From NCBI RefSeq assembly GCF_018350175.1, contig NC_058368.1, positions 67,582,001 through 67,646,000 on the forward strand: 64,000 bases of DNA, read 5' to 3'. A program made the translations under genes and the position numbers. Under the pieces are notes generated by a model. The model saw only the letters and a list, made by a program, of their open reading frames with translations, did no database searches and was not told the origin of the DNA. Below, piece after piece: positions 25,690 to 38,337 of the stretch (position 1 is its first letter; every line of letters starts with the position of its first letter). Source of the stretch: Felis catus (taxonomy: Eukaryota).

Positions 25690-26520
25690 CCAACATAATT
25701 TAACTTAATATCTACCTCCAGCCCCAACCTCTTCCCTGAATTCAACTCATATGCTCAAGTGTCAGCCCAAGAGCAGGCACAGGACCAGAACTGGCCACTG
25801 AACTCTTCCTACATCCGGAACTGAATTTCCATCTTCCCTCCCCTTCCACTCGTCCTGAGCAGCCTCACTTTGCCAGTAACCCGGTTCTCTCCATCCCACC
25901 CCAAGTCTGTCAGTAATTCAGGTCCACTCTTCCTCCACGATACATCCCTCACTTCCTCCTCCAGGGCCATTCCAGTCCAAGTCACCATCAGCTCTCACGT
26001 GGACTACTTAACTAGCTCCTGACTGCTCTCCTGATGCCCTATGTTTTATTCTCTATTGAACAGCCACTAGAGATGCGCAAAGAAGACATAAGTCAGACCA
26101 TGTCAGTCCTCTGCCCAGAACTAAACTTCACAACTCACTCACAGTAGAGCAGGAGTCCTTACACTGTCCTGAAACCCTATGGGATCTGGTCGGCAGCTAC
26201 TTTTCTGAAGCTTCTCTTCTGACTACTCTCTGTACTGGCTATTTCTAGGACACAGTGATCATCTCACCTCAGGACCTTTGTACTCACTGTTCCCTCAATC
26301 TAGAACATTCCTCTTGCACATATTCCACTCGGCTTGCTTTACCCCCCCCACCCCCCTCCCTGCCTCCTCTGGCTCTCTCCAAATGGCACCTTATCAATAA
26401 GGATGCTACTTGTTAGGTGTCACTGCCCACCAAAATATAAACTTCATGAAAACAAGTTTGTTCACTACTATACTCTCAGAACCTAGAAGATTGATCACAG
26501 CAGGTGCAAAATTAGAATCT
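25690..26520. mobile_element. L2 remnant
   Basis: CTCCAGCCCCAACCT, CACCTCAGGACCTTTGTACTCACTGTTCCCTC motifs typical of the L2 3' region. Confidence 0.6.
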
Positions 26521-27244
26521 GAATATTTTTGTCAATTTCAAGGAAGATGAAGTGAAACAATTATTCTAGGAGAAATAAGGTAAATATAACTATAACATTT
26601 GCTATCGATAACATGGGTAATATGTGAATTACATTAAATAACAGCAAAGAAAACATAGGGTAGCCTTTCCACAACATATAATCAAAAGGCAAGGTACTAA
26701 ATACAGCTAGTGTAATTTTTTTCCTTCCTTCACCCCTTACAGTGCTGGACAGAGCCATATACTGCAAAACTGTTCTAAAAAGCTACATTTCCTCCCCAAA
26801 CAACTGTTAAAAATAAAAAGCAATGACATTACTGGGCTTCCACAAACCTTGCTTATCAAATTCACAAATACTGTGTATTAATGCAATAAATGGCAACCAT
26901 TGTCACCAATTTATAAAACAGCACCATACAAAGATGAACACTTAAATACAATTAGCCTGAAACCTGTTACATTGAAGCAGATACATTTGATCTGCAGAGG
27001 CTTGTGGATGTGAGACCCTCACTACTCTCCAGTTCCTAGTCTTTATAGAGTCAGATAAGAAAAAAATGAGCATAATTTTCAGGGAAAATGATAGGGGAAT
27101 AAAACATTAGATAAAGAGAGCTTCACCTAGAAATGTAGAAAACAAAAACGTTAAGAGCGCACTAGACCTTGGAAGACAATTTGGGTTATATAATTTGGTA
27201 GTTCAAACAGAGGATGCCAAACATTTTGCATTAGTTGATTTCTT

Positions 27245-27462
27245 TCTTTTTTTTTTTTTAACGTTTATTTATTTTTGAGACAGAGAGAGACAGAGCATGA
27301 ACAGGGGAGGGGCAGAGAGAGAGGGAGACACAGAATCTGAAACGGGCTCCAGGCTCTGAGCTGTCAGCACAGAGACCGACGCGGGGCTCGAACCCACGGA
27401 CCGTGAGATCATGACCTGAGCCGAGGTCGGACGCCTAACCGACTGAGCCACCCAGGCGCCCC
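27245..27462 (-). mobile_element. Felid SINEC
   Basis: TSD TAGTTGATTTCTT 27232-27244 / 27464-27476; CpG-rich. Confidence 0.94.
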
Positions 27463-28201
27463 GTAGTTGATTTCTTAATAAATCTATGCACCAGATTCAA
27501 CTTTTTAAAACTTAAATCATTACTGAGAAAACAAGATTCTCATACTCAAAAAATATTAAGTAGATATTATTAATTTTGTAGGTCTATAAAGACCTCTCTA
27601 ATAAGAAAATGTTTCCGATATACCAAGAGAAAAAAAGTGTGATATAAAATTTTATACATACATGTATATAACAGGATTAAATTATGTATTTTTACAAACC
27701 AGACATGCCTATGTAGGGTACAGAAAAGGATTAGAAGGTAAAACAATAAACTATGAATAACCAATTTCATTAGGAGGGTTGAAGTAAGTGATTTTTCTTA
27801 TAGATTTTAATGATTACATTAATAACTATGACTTTATATTTCAAAAATAACAATTCGGTACTTATGGAAGTTAACACAGTCAATTGTAGAGAAAAGCGAC
27901 AAGAAGAAAAAGACATCACAACGTACTTTCCACATCTACAGCAACAGTGGCTCTTAGTCGCAATGTTGTAGTAGTTGTTCTAATCCTTACATTAGAACAC
28001 AGCAACAGCTGTTCCCATACAAACGCTCTTTCACACCACATTCGGTGCGTCCATCCCTGGGGGAAGGGGTGGGACCACGGGCAGTTTATGCTGACCCCTG
28101 TCCACTGTGTCCAGCACAGGAGCCGCATCTCCTGCGTGTTGTGACAGGCCCCCAGGTCACGGGTCAGTGAGAAAAAGCGAGCAATTGCGTTTTCTACTTA
28201 C

Positions 28202-28333
28202 TTTCCCATTGCTGACAACACCTATTTCTCCAGGACGAATTTTAAGTACATCTTGACAGAACAGCTGATGAGTTCGGAAAATATTCACTCCAATGGTATT
28301 ATATTTTTTCTGAAAAGCGTTCTTATCCATCCC
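28202..28333 (-). CDS. UGGT2: UGGT2 internal exon (approx. 22), 132 nt, phase 0-0
   Basis: GMDKNAFQKKYNTIGVNIFRTHQLFCQDVLKIRPGEIGVVSNGK; tttag acceptor, GTAAGT donor. Confidence 0.95.
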
Positions 28334-28389
28334 CTAAACCATAAATTAAGAAGGATGAAATTAACAAGAGAAATATAGCAAATCATTTT

Positions 28390-28602
28390 TTATTTAAAAA
28401 AAATTTTAACACTTATTTTTGAGAGAGACACAGAGTGTGAGCAGGGGAGGGGCAGTGAGAGAGGGAGACACAGAATCCGAAGCAGGCTCCAGGCTCTGAG
28501 CTGTCCACACAGAGCCTGACGTGGGGCTCAAACTCACAGACAGTGAGATCATGACCTGAGCCGATGTCGGACTATTAACTGACTGAGCCAACCAGGTGCC
28601 CC
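28390..28602 (-). mobile_element. Felid SINEC just upstream of an exon acceptor
   Basis: TSD AGCAAATCATTTT 28377-28389 / 28603-28615. Confidence 0.93.
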
Positions 28603-28706
28603 AGCAAATCATTTTAACAAAGACTACTTTAATATATTAATGCAAAATTTGAAATTATTCTAAATTTTGATTTAAAAAGCACTATTTTCATCTGAAACTA
28701 CATTTT

Positions 28707-29318
28707 ATTTTATTTAAATTTAACTTTATTTTTTATTTTTTAAAATTTACATCCAAATTAGTATATAGTGAAGCAATGATTTCAGTAGATTCCTTACCCA
28801 TTTAACCCATCCTACCTCCCACAACCCCTCCAGCAACCCTCAGTTTGTTCTCCATATTTATGAGTCTCTTTTGCTTTGTCCCCCTCCCTGTTTTTATATT
28901 ATTTTTGTTTCCTTTCCCTTATGTTCATCTGTTTTGTCTCTTAAAGTCCTCATATGAGTGAAGTCATATGGTTTTTGTCTTTCTCTGACTAATTTCACTT
29001 AGCATAGTACCCTCCAGTTCCATCCATGTAGTTGCAAATGGCAAGATTTCATTCTTTTTGATTGCTGACTAATCCTCCATTGTGTGTGTGTATACATATA
29101 TATATATATATATCTCACATTTTCTTTATCTGTTCATCCATCGATGGACATTTGGGTTCTTTCCTTTGGCTATTGTGGATAGTGCTGCTATAAACATGGG
29201 GGTGCATGTGTCCCTTCGAAACAGCACACCTGTGTCCCCTGGATAGACGCCTAGTAGTGCAATTGCTGGGTCGTAGGGTAGTTCTATTTTTAGTTTTTTG
29301 AGAAACCTCCATAATGTC
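28707..29318 (-). mobile_element. ~610-bp 5'-truncated felid L1
   Basis: L1 3'UTR and ORF2 end (KEPKCPSMDE); TSD GAAACTACATTTT 28694-28706 / 29319-29331 with a TTTT/AA endonuclease site. Confidence 0.92.
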
Positions 29319-29757
29319 GAAACTACATTTTAAAAAAGAATATTTCTTTGCCAAGCCAATTATAACATTTGTAAATCCTGTTACAAGTAGATATCACATG
29401 CCACATTCATTCTTTGAAGATTTCAGGTGGATTACTGACTAGTAATGCTAGGGAATATGCTAGGGAACACCAACTTAAATACAATTTATCATTAAAGAAA
29501 TTAAACAAATGTTAATTAAATTCTGAACTCAGTACCCCATTTTGGTACCCTCAGTGAAAAAAAAAACAGTGTTTAAAATAGAAATACCCTATCACACCCC
29601 ATTATACCAACCTCACAAAACCAATTCAGTAATAGTGCATTTTATTTCTGAAATATAAAAGTAATCCTTGGTGAGAGTCAAAAAATATATGGACATTCAC
29701 AGAAAATAAACCACGAATAGCTTCTTCACATCTTCACACTAAGAAACACTCTCCATA

Positions 29758-30272
29758 TCAGTACTTATCAAAGTTTAATGTGCAATCACCTGGAAGCCTT
29801 GTTGAAATGTAGTTTCTACTTCAGAAGATCCAAGGTGGGGCCTTAAATTCTGAATTTCTAGCAGGTTCCTGGTACACTCCCACGATGCTAGAAATGTTCC
29901 ACTAAACAGTCCAATATGCCAGCCACAGCCATGGATGGTTACTGAGCACTTAAAACGTGGCTAGAATGACTGGAGCACTGAATTTAAATTTTAACTTAAT
30001 TTTTTTTAAGTTTGTTTGTTTGTTTGCTTATTTATTTATTTAGAGAGGGAATGAGTGTGGGAGGGGCAGAGAAAGAGAGGGAGAGAGACAGAATCCCAAG
30101 CAGGCCTCCAGCTGTCAGCACAAAGTCTCACATGGGGCTCGATCTCATGAACGATGAGATCATGACCTGAACCAAAATCAAAAGCTGGATGCTTAAACAA
30201 CTGGAATTTTAACTTGATTTTAAGTTTAAAAGAGCCACATGCAGCTAGTGGATACAGTATTGGACAGTGCAG
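29758..30272. mobile_element. Nested hAT fossils: MER5A-like fragment, then MER3-like element containing a SINEC (about 29998-30203, minus)
   Basis: AATCACCTGGAAGCCTTGTTGAAATG and TGGGGCCTTAAATTCTG (MER5); GTCCAATA...GAGCACTTAAAACGTGGCTAG...TATTGGACAG (MER3). Confidence 0.65.
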
Positions 30273-30329
30273 CCTGAGATCCCACTTACATCCAAAATCT
30301 CCATCTCAATCATCCCCTCTGACCACAAA

Positions 30330-32500
30330 CTCCTCAATTTCCAGCTCATCCAACCTAGTGTCACCATACCAACCGTTACCCAATCCCTTCTGTCCTCTGC
30401 CCCTACCACCTCGTTATTACCCATCACACCTCCCATAATTTCCTCCCGAGTTATACCTCAAAGGCCTTTACTGCAACACAAACTTGCCATGCTTAGATCC
30501 CTGGAATGCTTCCCTGAAGTCATATTCACCTGGCAAAACCTCAACTCTGTTTAAGCACGACTCTGCTTCCCCTGTAACTGGAACCAAAATAGTCTTAATA
30601 CAGCTGGAAAAAAAGCTGCAACTAATAGCGACCTCACTTTCAGTTTATAGTTGTTAACATCTAGTGGGCCCTCAGAAACCCCCCCCCCCCACACTAATGT
30701 AGTTAATTCACTTTCTCTCTCTCAGAATAAGAGAAGAATATGTGGCATTTGCTCCTCTTCCCTCAAACCTCTAATAATATCTACTCTCACTCTAATACTT
30801 AGCGAATGACCTGAATTTCTTCTGAAAATGAAAATAATCAGAAGTCCTTTATCCTGCTACCACCAACTAAATCTACCCTTCTGCAGCCACGCTCATATAT
30901 TCTGCCTTCTTTCCAGTAAAAATGGATGAATGGTTCCTTTTCTTAAGACCAACTGTAAACACCTGTCCAGGGGATCCCAGCACCTCTTATCTACTCAAGA
31001 ACTCTGCTTCTTCTCTGCTCCCCTCCCTATCCTCCTTTCTCATTGTTTGGATGGACTGTCTCCATTAGCCTACAAAAAGTAACATCTCGCAAATTTAGAA
31101 AGTCTTGATGCCAAGTCCTTTTCTGGCTACAAAATATTTCTCTGTTCACGGGAAAATAAAGAGCTACCTATACTCACTATCTCTAATTCCTGATTTCCCA
31201 TTCTCTTTTCCATCAAGTTTACTTTTATACCTACTACTCCACTGAAACTATTTCCATCAAAGTCACCAAAGACTACCTTAACAAGTAAATGGTCAATTAT
31301 GAAGCCCAATTTCAGGAACATCTGCACAGTTGATCATTCTGTCCTTGAAATACTTTCTCCAACTGACTTTCAAGACACCATATTCTCCTGGTTATCTTCT
31401 TAACTTATGGCTGTTCCATCTGTCTCCTTTGCTGGATCATCCTTTTCTTGCATACCTCTATATGTTGGAATATTCCAGAGCTCCATTTTTTAGCCCCTCT
31501 TCCCTCACCCAACTCATTTTTGAGGTATCTCACCCAGTTTCTTGGTTTTAAATGATATATAATGTTGGTAACTCTCGAAGTGATGTACTCTAAAAATACC
31601 CTGATAACCCTGAGTTGATTTCAATACTCATTAACTCAACTGTCAACTCAACATCTCCCCTTGAATGTCCAACAGACAACTCCAACTTAACATGTACAGA
31701 CTTAACGCTTGATCCTCTATGTGTCCAAATCTTCTCTTCATCTAGACTTTCCCATCTCAAAAAAAAGGCACCACCATTGATTCTAGCTGCTCAAGCTAAA
31801 ATGTAAGGATGTTACCTTCACATATCACATACAATTGATCAGCTAATTCTGATTGTAACAAATATGTACCAATCACCTCACCATTCCCACCACTACTACC
31901 TAGTCCAAGATACCATTATGTCTTGTCTATATTATTGCAAAAACATTCCAATTGTTCATCCTATATCCACTCTTGTCTGCCTACTACAAAATTTCACATG
32001 GCATCCAGAGTCACCTTTTTAAGGGTTATTCACTTCTTCAAGATTCCTCAGTGGTTTCCCATTATACTCAGTTCCTTACCACGGCCTACAGATTCCTGAA
32101 ATATCTGGGTTATGTTTCTGACCTCACCTCCTACTACTCTCCACATCACACCCCCTATTTTGCTCATGATGATCTTCTGCCTGCCTGTACCTCAAACCTG
32201 GAAAGATGGTCTCTGTGTCAGTCCTTTAGACTTACTGTGTTCCCGGATCTGGTACATTCTTCTCACAAATTTTCTCATTACATTCAGACCTCTGCTCAAA
32301 CATAAGCTCTTTAAGAGATGCCTTCCCTGACCACTTCAGCTAAAAGAGCGTCCCTCAAACTATCTACCCTCTCATTTCTTTATATTTTTCCAGTACCATT
32401 TAGTTTGGTCTGCCTTTCCCACCACCGTGGAAGCTCCACAGGAGCACAGACTCAACATATCTGCCTTGTCCACAAGTATACCTCCCTTGTATGGCAGACA
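30330..32500. mobile_element. Long decayed L2 remnant
   Basis: CTACTACTCCACTGAAACT, AGTCACCAAAGAC, AGATGCCTTCCCTGACCAC motifs; pyrimidine-rich plus strand. Confidence 0.65.
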
Positions 32501-32512
32501 ATCAATTGATAT

Positions 32513-32738
32513 ATTTTTTTTTAATTTTTTTTCCCACGTTTTTATTTATTTTTGGGACAGAGAGAGACAGAGCATGAACGGGGGAGGGGCAGAGTGAGAG
32601 GGAGACACAGAATCGGAAACAGGCTCCAGGCTCTGAGCCATCAGCCCAGAGCCCAACGCGGGGCTCGAACTCACGGACCGCGAGATCGTGACCTGGCTGA
32701 AGTCGGACGCTTAACCGACTGCGCCACCCAGGCGCCCC
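32513..32738 (-). mobile_element. Young felid SINEC
   Basis: Same diagnostic positions as the 2453 copy; TSD TCAATTGATAT 32502-32512 / 32739-32749. Confidence 0.94.
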
Positions 32739-33122
32739 TCAATTGATATTTTTGAGTGGATTAACGGATCTTCTTTCTTGAGGATCATCTTCCATCTTTA
32801 GAATTTCCCTCATACTGGACCCTTCAGTGAACTACCTGAGTATGACTTACATAGCGCTTGAACTCTCGATCTTCACATACAAGTCCTAACTAGAATGCTA
32901 TCAACTTCAAGGATCATACAGTAGTAGCAGAGATACATGAAATTTGGTTGCCTAAGTGCCTTGATGCAAAGTCACATCACTGTCTTTTCCCGTTGAAGGA
33001 ATATTTATTATCCCCAATTGATTATACTTATTTATTGACATTTTTCAGTAGCATGACCACATTGGCTTATACATTCTAAAAATGCAACAGGTACTTCTTA
33101 CTCCAAACAAATAGCCACTGAC

Positions 33123-33329
33123 CTCAGTAAGGAATGTGTGAATTTTTTCTCCAGAGTAAATAGCTGTAGCAGTTTCTTCCTTCACCAGTTTCCTGAGAAA
33201 GTTTTTCAAAAAGCTGTTTTTCTGTGTAAGAAAAGCTGCCAAAATTCCTCTAGAAATAGCGGTGTTTTCTTCATTTATTTTCGATGTAGGATTATAAATA
33301 ACTCCCAACCGACTATGAACACTTGTTTT
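33123..33329 (-). CDS. UGGT2: UGGT2 internal exon (approx. 21), 207 nt, phase 0-0
   Basis: KTSVHSRLGVIYNPTSKINEENTAISRGILAAFLTQKNSFLKNFLRKLVKEETATAIYSGEKIHTFLTE inside ORF 33045..33404; tgcag acceptor, GTCAGT donor. Confidence 0.96.
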
Positions 33330-33569
33330 CTGCAAAACACATTTATGGGTGGAAAAGATCGGTATCTCACATATCATTTTACAGCCGAACTTTTCTCTTT
33401 CCATTCGAGCTTGTTCACTTTAACACACAACAGCCCTCACTGCAGAGGTCTTTCTATGTGGATGGTACTGAACGTGTACCTACTGACATAGCCAGAAAAC
33501 AGTCACTTTAGGAACTCCGACTGCTTCACCTCTTTGTATAACGAGTCTTTTAGGAGATACTTTAACCAC

Positions 33570-36070
33570 TTTTTGTATGTGAAATAACACATATAAAACA
33601 ATACACAAAACAAAAATGTAGAATTCAGTGAGTTAACCCATAAAACTATAACCCAGGTCGAGAAACAGAGCATTGCCAGCAACCCAAAGACGTCTCTCAG
33701 ACACCCTGCCAATGTCTACACCTTTCCACTTTTCTAAAAACAACCACGATCCTGTTACTTATTTGTAGGATCATTCTTGCTTCTTCTTCTGGTTTATCAC
33801 CTAAGTTTCATCATTAAACATTTAATCTATTTTGAGCTTCATATAATCATACAGTATATATTCTTTCCTGCCTTGTTTCCACTCAATGTAATGGTTGTGA
33901 GATTCATCAACACTGTTTTGTGTATCTTTAGTTGCTTTATTTTTTAGGACTGTATACATTTCCACTGTATGAATATACTCTTTTATACATTCTATTGATG
34001 CTGGACATTGAAATTTTTTTTCAGGTTGGTAGTGTACAAACAGAGCATGAAGAATACATCATCACTCATGAACATGCGGAAGCTGAATCTAATTAAGTCA
34101 GACATAGCTTCCAGTGTAGAGGAGATATAAGGGCTAAGGGACAAGTTAAAAATACTGTAAGGAAAAAAAAAAATCAGTGAAATTTGTAAGGTGGGATTTT
34201 TCCAAAAGGCAACCAGCTTGGTCTCTTTAAAAAGTCAATAGACAAAATGTGAATGGGACTGTTCTATAATAAAAGAAACTAATGAAACGTAACAATGAAA
34301 CACGTTTAGATCCTAGCTTGAAAAAAGAAAAGACATCTTTGTGGGAACAATTTAATGCAGGCTTAGTACTAGCAATGGGATAGTGGTATTGCAGTTATGT
34401 AAAATATCCTAATTCTTAGAAAATGCATATTAAAATACTAAGGGATGACGTATGCTGATTTCTGTGACTTACTTTAAAATGTATGTACTTTAAAATATAT
34501 GCTGATTTCTGTGACTTACTTTAAAATGCAGACTATTCTGCCCTTCCTCCCCACTAACAACAGATAATCAGATAAAACAAATGTGGCAAGATGTTAGAAT
34601 TATAGAATCTAGGTGTTAGGTATATAAGTGTTCATTATGTTAGTCTCTTAAAGTTTGTGTAGCTATGAAAAGAAAACATGGTCTCCAAAAAACAGACTCA
34701 GAGAGAGATAAGGAGAGACCCCAGTGAGAGAAAGGCAAAAGTTAAAAGCAAGCGGGCTGAAATGAAAGTGAGAGAGGCTCAAAATATAATACCGGAAAGA
34801 ATAAAAATAAGAATTGATACCGCAGATAATTCAATTAATGAACCAGATCAAGAGTTAGCAAATGACAGCCTGTGGGTGAAATCCCATCTGGAGCGTGTTT
34901 TTACATGGTCCTCCAGGCAAAAAAATGTGAGGTGGAATGAGAGATCGGCCATGGGTTTAACAGAGAGAGAGACTCAGAGAAGGAGAGAGATGAAAAGAGC
35001 TGTCCTGGGATCACACTCATCCCTGAGGTTCCAGAAAACTGCATCTGTGTTACAGTGGCCCCACTCAGGGTAATGAGAATGGGACAGGGGCACACTGAAG
35101 GCATTCCCTAAACAAATACTGCTAAATAAAAAGGTACTCTGACCCAGGGGCAACTGCTAGGAAGTCAAGTTTAAAAATAATATTAAAGTCCTTCTCGGCA
35201 GTCTGGAAGACCAAGCCAAAGGTTGAATCTTCTCAGGAGTCATCAGGGAAATTCCAAGATACTATTCCACTGTGAATGTGGGGCAAAATCATAAAATCTC
35301 TAACCTGGAAAGCAGCCTTTAAATCAAGCAGACATCCAACAGTAAAGCGTGAACATCTAACTGCCTGGGGGTATTTAAGTATGAACTTTGAACAATAATT
35401 GGCTTTTGCTGACTCAGAGGCAGTCTCCAGGAAACCAAGATCAAAGATAAAAACAAGGGAAAAAGTCTGAGCAGGAACATCAGAGAAAAACAATGAGAGG
35501 GAGATAGACTAGAGAGAGAGTTCAGTCATATCACTAAACAAACAAATGACCAAACAGTCCAGGTGATGAAGTGGTATGGGATCCAAATGTGCTCCAGTGT
35601 ATTATCTAAAATGTTTGGTTTTCAGTAAAAGATTGAGATATGCAGTGAAAGAGGACAGTATGATTCATACTAAGGAAAAATACCAAGCATCAGAAACTAT
35701 CTTTGAGGGACCTTAGATGATGGACTTAACAAACATACACGTATCTTCAAAGAACTAAAGGAAACCATGCTTAAAGAGTTAAAGGAAGGTACAACAACTT
35801 ATTACACTGATGATAATAACAAAGCAATAGAAATTATAAAGAAGAACCAAATGGAAACTCTGGAATTGGAAAGTACAATCACTGAAATGAAAAATCCACT
35901 AGTGGGGTTCAATAGATTTGACTTGGCAGAAGGATCACTGAATTTAAAGATAAATCAACAGAGCTATAGTCTGAAAAATAGAATGTAAAAAGAACTAAAA
36001 TGATCAGATTCTCAGAGAAATGTGGGACACCATTAAACATACCAATATGTGCATAATGGGAGAGCCACAT
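33570..36070. mobile_element. Mosaic of old L1 fragments (3' ends on both strands; ORF1-like patch about 35700-36060 on +)
   Basis: ORF 35767..35988 (EIIKKNQMETLELESTITEMKN) is the L1 ORF1 coiled-coil pattern. Confidence 0.6.
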
Positions 36071-36314
36071 ACATTGGAACTACTGGGAAAAGGCAATCTG
36101 TCAGCCTCGCAAAGAACACACTACCAAAAATTCTTGAGAAGAGACAGAAGGCAGAGGTGATGTACTCCACAGACCTCAAACACCCCTTTTTGAATGTGCT
36201 GGTCTGCAGGGCTTGAATGAAGCCAGAATGTGTTCTGAGACTGCCTAACATGACATGAAAATTCTCCCAACTGATCTTATTATGTTTCGTCTAAAATGTA
36301 TTAACTATTCTTGA

Positions 36315-36830
36315 TGTGGTAGTGCCCCTCCAAGATGGCCCCCGATGATCCCTACTTCTTTATACTTGTGCTTCCATATTGTTCCTCCTCATACTGGATA
36401 GGAACGATCTGTGTCATCAATAGGATATTATGGAAGCACAGTGTGTGACTTTTGAGGCCAGATCATAAAACACACTGTAGCTTCTGTCTCTTTAGCACTC
36501 ACTCTAGGGAAAGCCAGCTGTCACGTTGTGCGGACACTTAGCAATGCTAAAATGGGGTCTATGTGGCAACGGAATGAGATGTTCCGTGAAGAGCCAGTGA
36601 CAAATTGAGGCCCCCTGCCAGCAGCCACGCAAGCCCTCTTAGCAGCTGATGCTCTGGTTCCAGTCAAGTCTTCAGACAACTGCTGCCAGAGTCCTGACTG
36701 CACCCTCACAAGAAACCCTGAGCCACAGCCACTCGGCCAAGTCACTCTTGAATTCTTATACCCCAGACACTCTGAGAAAATGTGTATTGTTTTTAAACCA
36801 TTAAGTTATGGGGTAATTTGTTATCAGCAC
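36315..36830 (+). mobile_element. MaLR solo LTR (MLT1E/F-like)
   Basis: TGTGGTAG..CAAGATGGCCCCCGATGATCC start; TTTTAAACCATTAAGTTATGGGGTAATTTGTTA end. Confidence 0.75.
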
Positions 36831-36961
36831 TAAATTTACACTTAGCTAATGCAAAACAAACAATTTCATAAAATACTTTGAGTTACGTTTTGTAGGTGTT
36901 TTTAATCTAGACAAACTTTTATGCTCCCTTAGAAATATGGAAGGTTATAGAAGAGTATTTT

Positions 36962-37157
36962 TAAAAAATGTTTATTTACCTTAATGAGAGAGAGTGTGAG
37001 TGGGGGAGGGACAGAGAGAGAGAGAGGTGGGGATAGGGGGTCCAGAGGAGGCTCTGTGCTGATAGCAGCCAGCCCGTGCGGGGCTCCAGTGCACAAACCA
37101 GATCATGACCTGAGCCAAAGTTGGATACTCAACTGACTGAGCCACCCAGGTGCCCCA
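36962..37157 (-). mobile_element. Older SINEC
   Basis: SINE motifs; TSD AAGAGTATTTTT on both sides. Confidence 0.87.
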
Positions 37158-37445
37158 TAAAAGAGTATTTTTAAATAAATATAGAAATGTATACTATCGA
37201 AGTATATTGGTTTGTAATTCTCTAATAACAAAAAAAAATTAAGGTTGACTTAAGGCTTAAAATACTCTTCAGTGAAAATTTATTTTCTTTTTCTTAAATA
37301 TTCAGAGAAAGAAAGTGCTGCCTGACTATGTGATGGAAAACTGCTCTTACAAACTGCTTTTGGTAAAAACTAGATTTGGTGTCATTGATGTAATGGTAGG
37401 GTCTGGACCATTCACTCTGTTTTAATAGCCTATTTATAACTACTA

Positions 37446-37792
37446 TGTCTTAGTTCCAGCTGCTACAGCAAAGTACCCATAGACAGGGTGGTTTATAAAC
37501 AACTGAAATGTACTTCCTACAGTTCTGGAGACTGGGAATCTGAGATCAGGGTGCCAGCACGGTCAGGTTCTGGTGAGGACCCTCTTCTGGGCTGCAGACT
37601 ACGGATCTGTCCATGTATCTACACATGATGGACAGAGAGTGAAGTAGGCTCTCTGACCTCTTCTTACAAGGGCACTGATCCCATTCATCACCCAATTCCT
37701 TCCTAAAGGTCGCACCTCCAAATGCCACTGCACTACAGATTAGATTTGAACATCTGAATTTTATGGGAGACACAAACATTCAGTGCATACAC
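37446..37792. mobile_element. MaLR solo LTR (MLT1A0-like)
   Basis: CAGTTCTGGAGACTGGGAATCTGAGATCAGGGTGCCAGCA and GACACAAACATTCAG motifs. Confidence 0.8.
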
Positions 37793-38067
37793 ATTGCAGA
37801 CAAGTATATGTCTAATAGCAAGGGCAAGCAGGATCACACAGGTCTGAATCATGGACGACTTGCAGGGTTTTCTTTCCCTGGTCAAATCTGCCTATTGTAC
37901 ATGGAGACTGAATTTGAGTTCCCGTTTTCGCCTCCTTATCAACAAGCTGAAGGACTTAAAACATTAACGTGGAAGAGAATAAGATTTAATGCACGTTCTT
38001 CATTTGGCTTTCTCAAAATTAACAACAAATTATAAAATTTTTGTGGTAAGAGTATCTAAATACTCAC

Positions 38068-38162
38068 CATGTGCTTTAATGCATTAAAAAGTAGTTTTCG
38101 CCCAGATGGTTTGTCAAAATCAGCAATAATCCAGAGAGTAACTGAAGAAATTACATCATCAT
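38068..38162 (-). CDS. UGGT2: UGGT2 internal exon (approx. 20), 95 nt, phase 1-0
   Basis: (D)DDVISSVTLWIIADFDKPSGRKLLFNALKHM; ttcag acceptor, GTGAGT donor. Confidence 0.95.
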
Positions 38163-38297
38163 CTGAAAGTATCAAATAGTTTAGTCAAGCTGCCTCTTTT
38201 TAAAATTAAACTAAAAGCAGGGGACATTTCCAGCTAACAAAATACATTAAAAAGTATTAAGCTAATTTTTTGAAAATAAGAAAATATTGCTAAAGAT

Positions 38298-38300
<3 letters not shown>

Positions 38301-38333
<33 letters not shown>
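38301..38333 (+). repeat. (AC)16 microsatellite
   Basis: Perfect AC run. Confidence 0.97.

Positions 38334-38337
<4 letters not shown>

Noticed and set aside
27935..28010. Short hairpins (TGTTCTAAT/ATTAGAACA) suggesting a small RNA
   Set aside because: Stem too short for a pre-miRNA; no snoRNA boxes recognised
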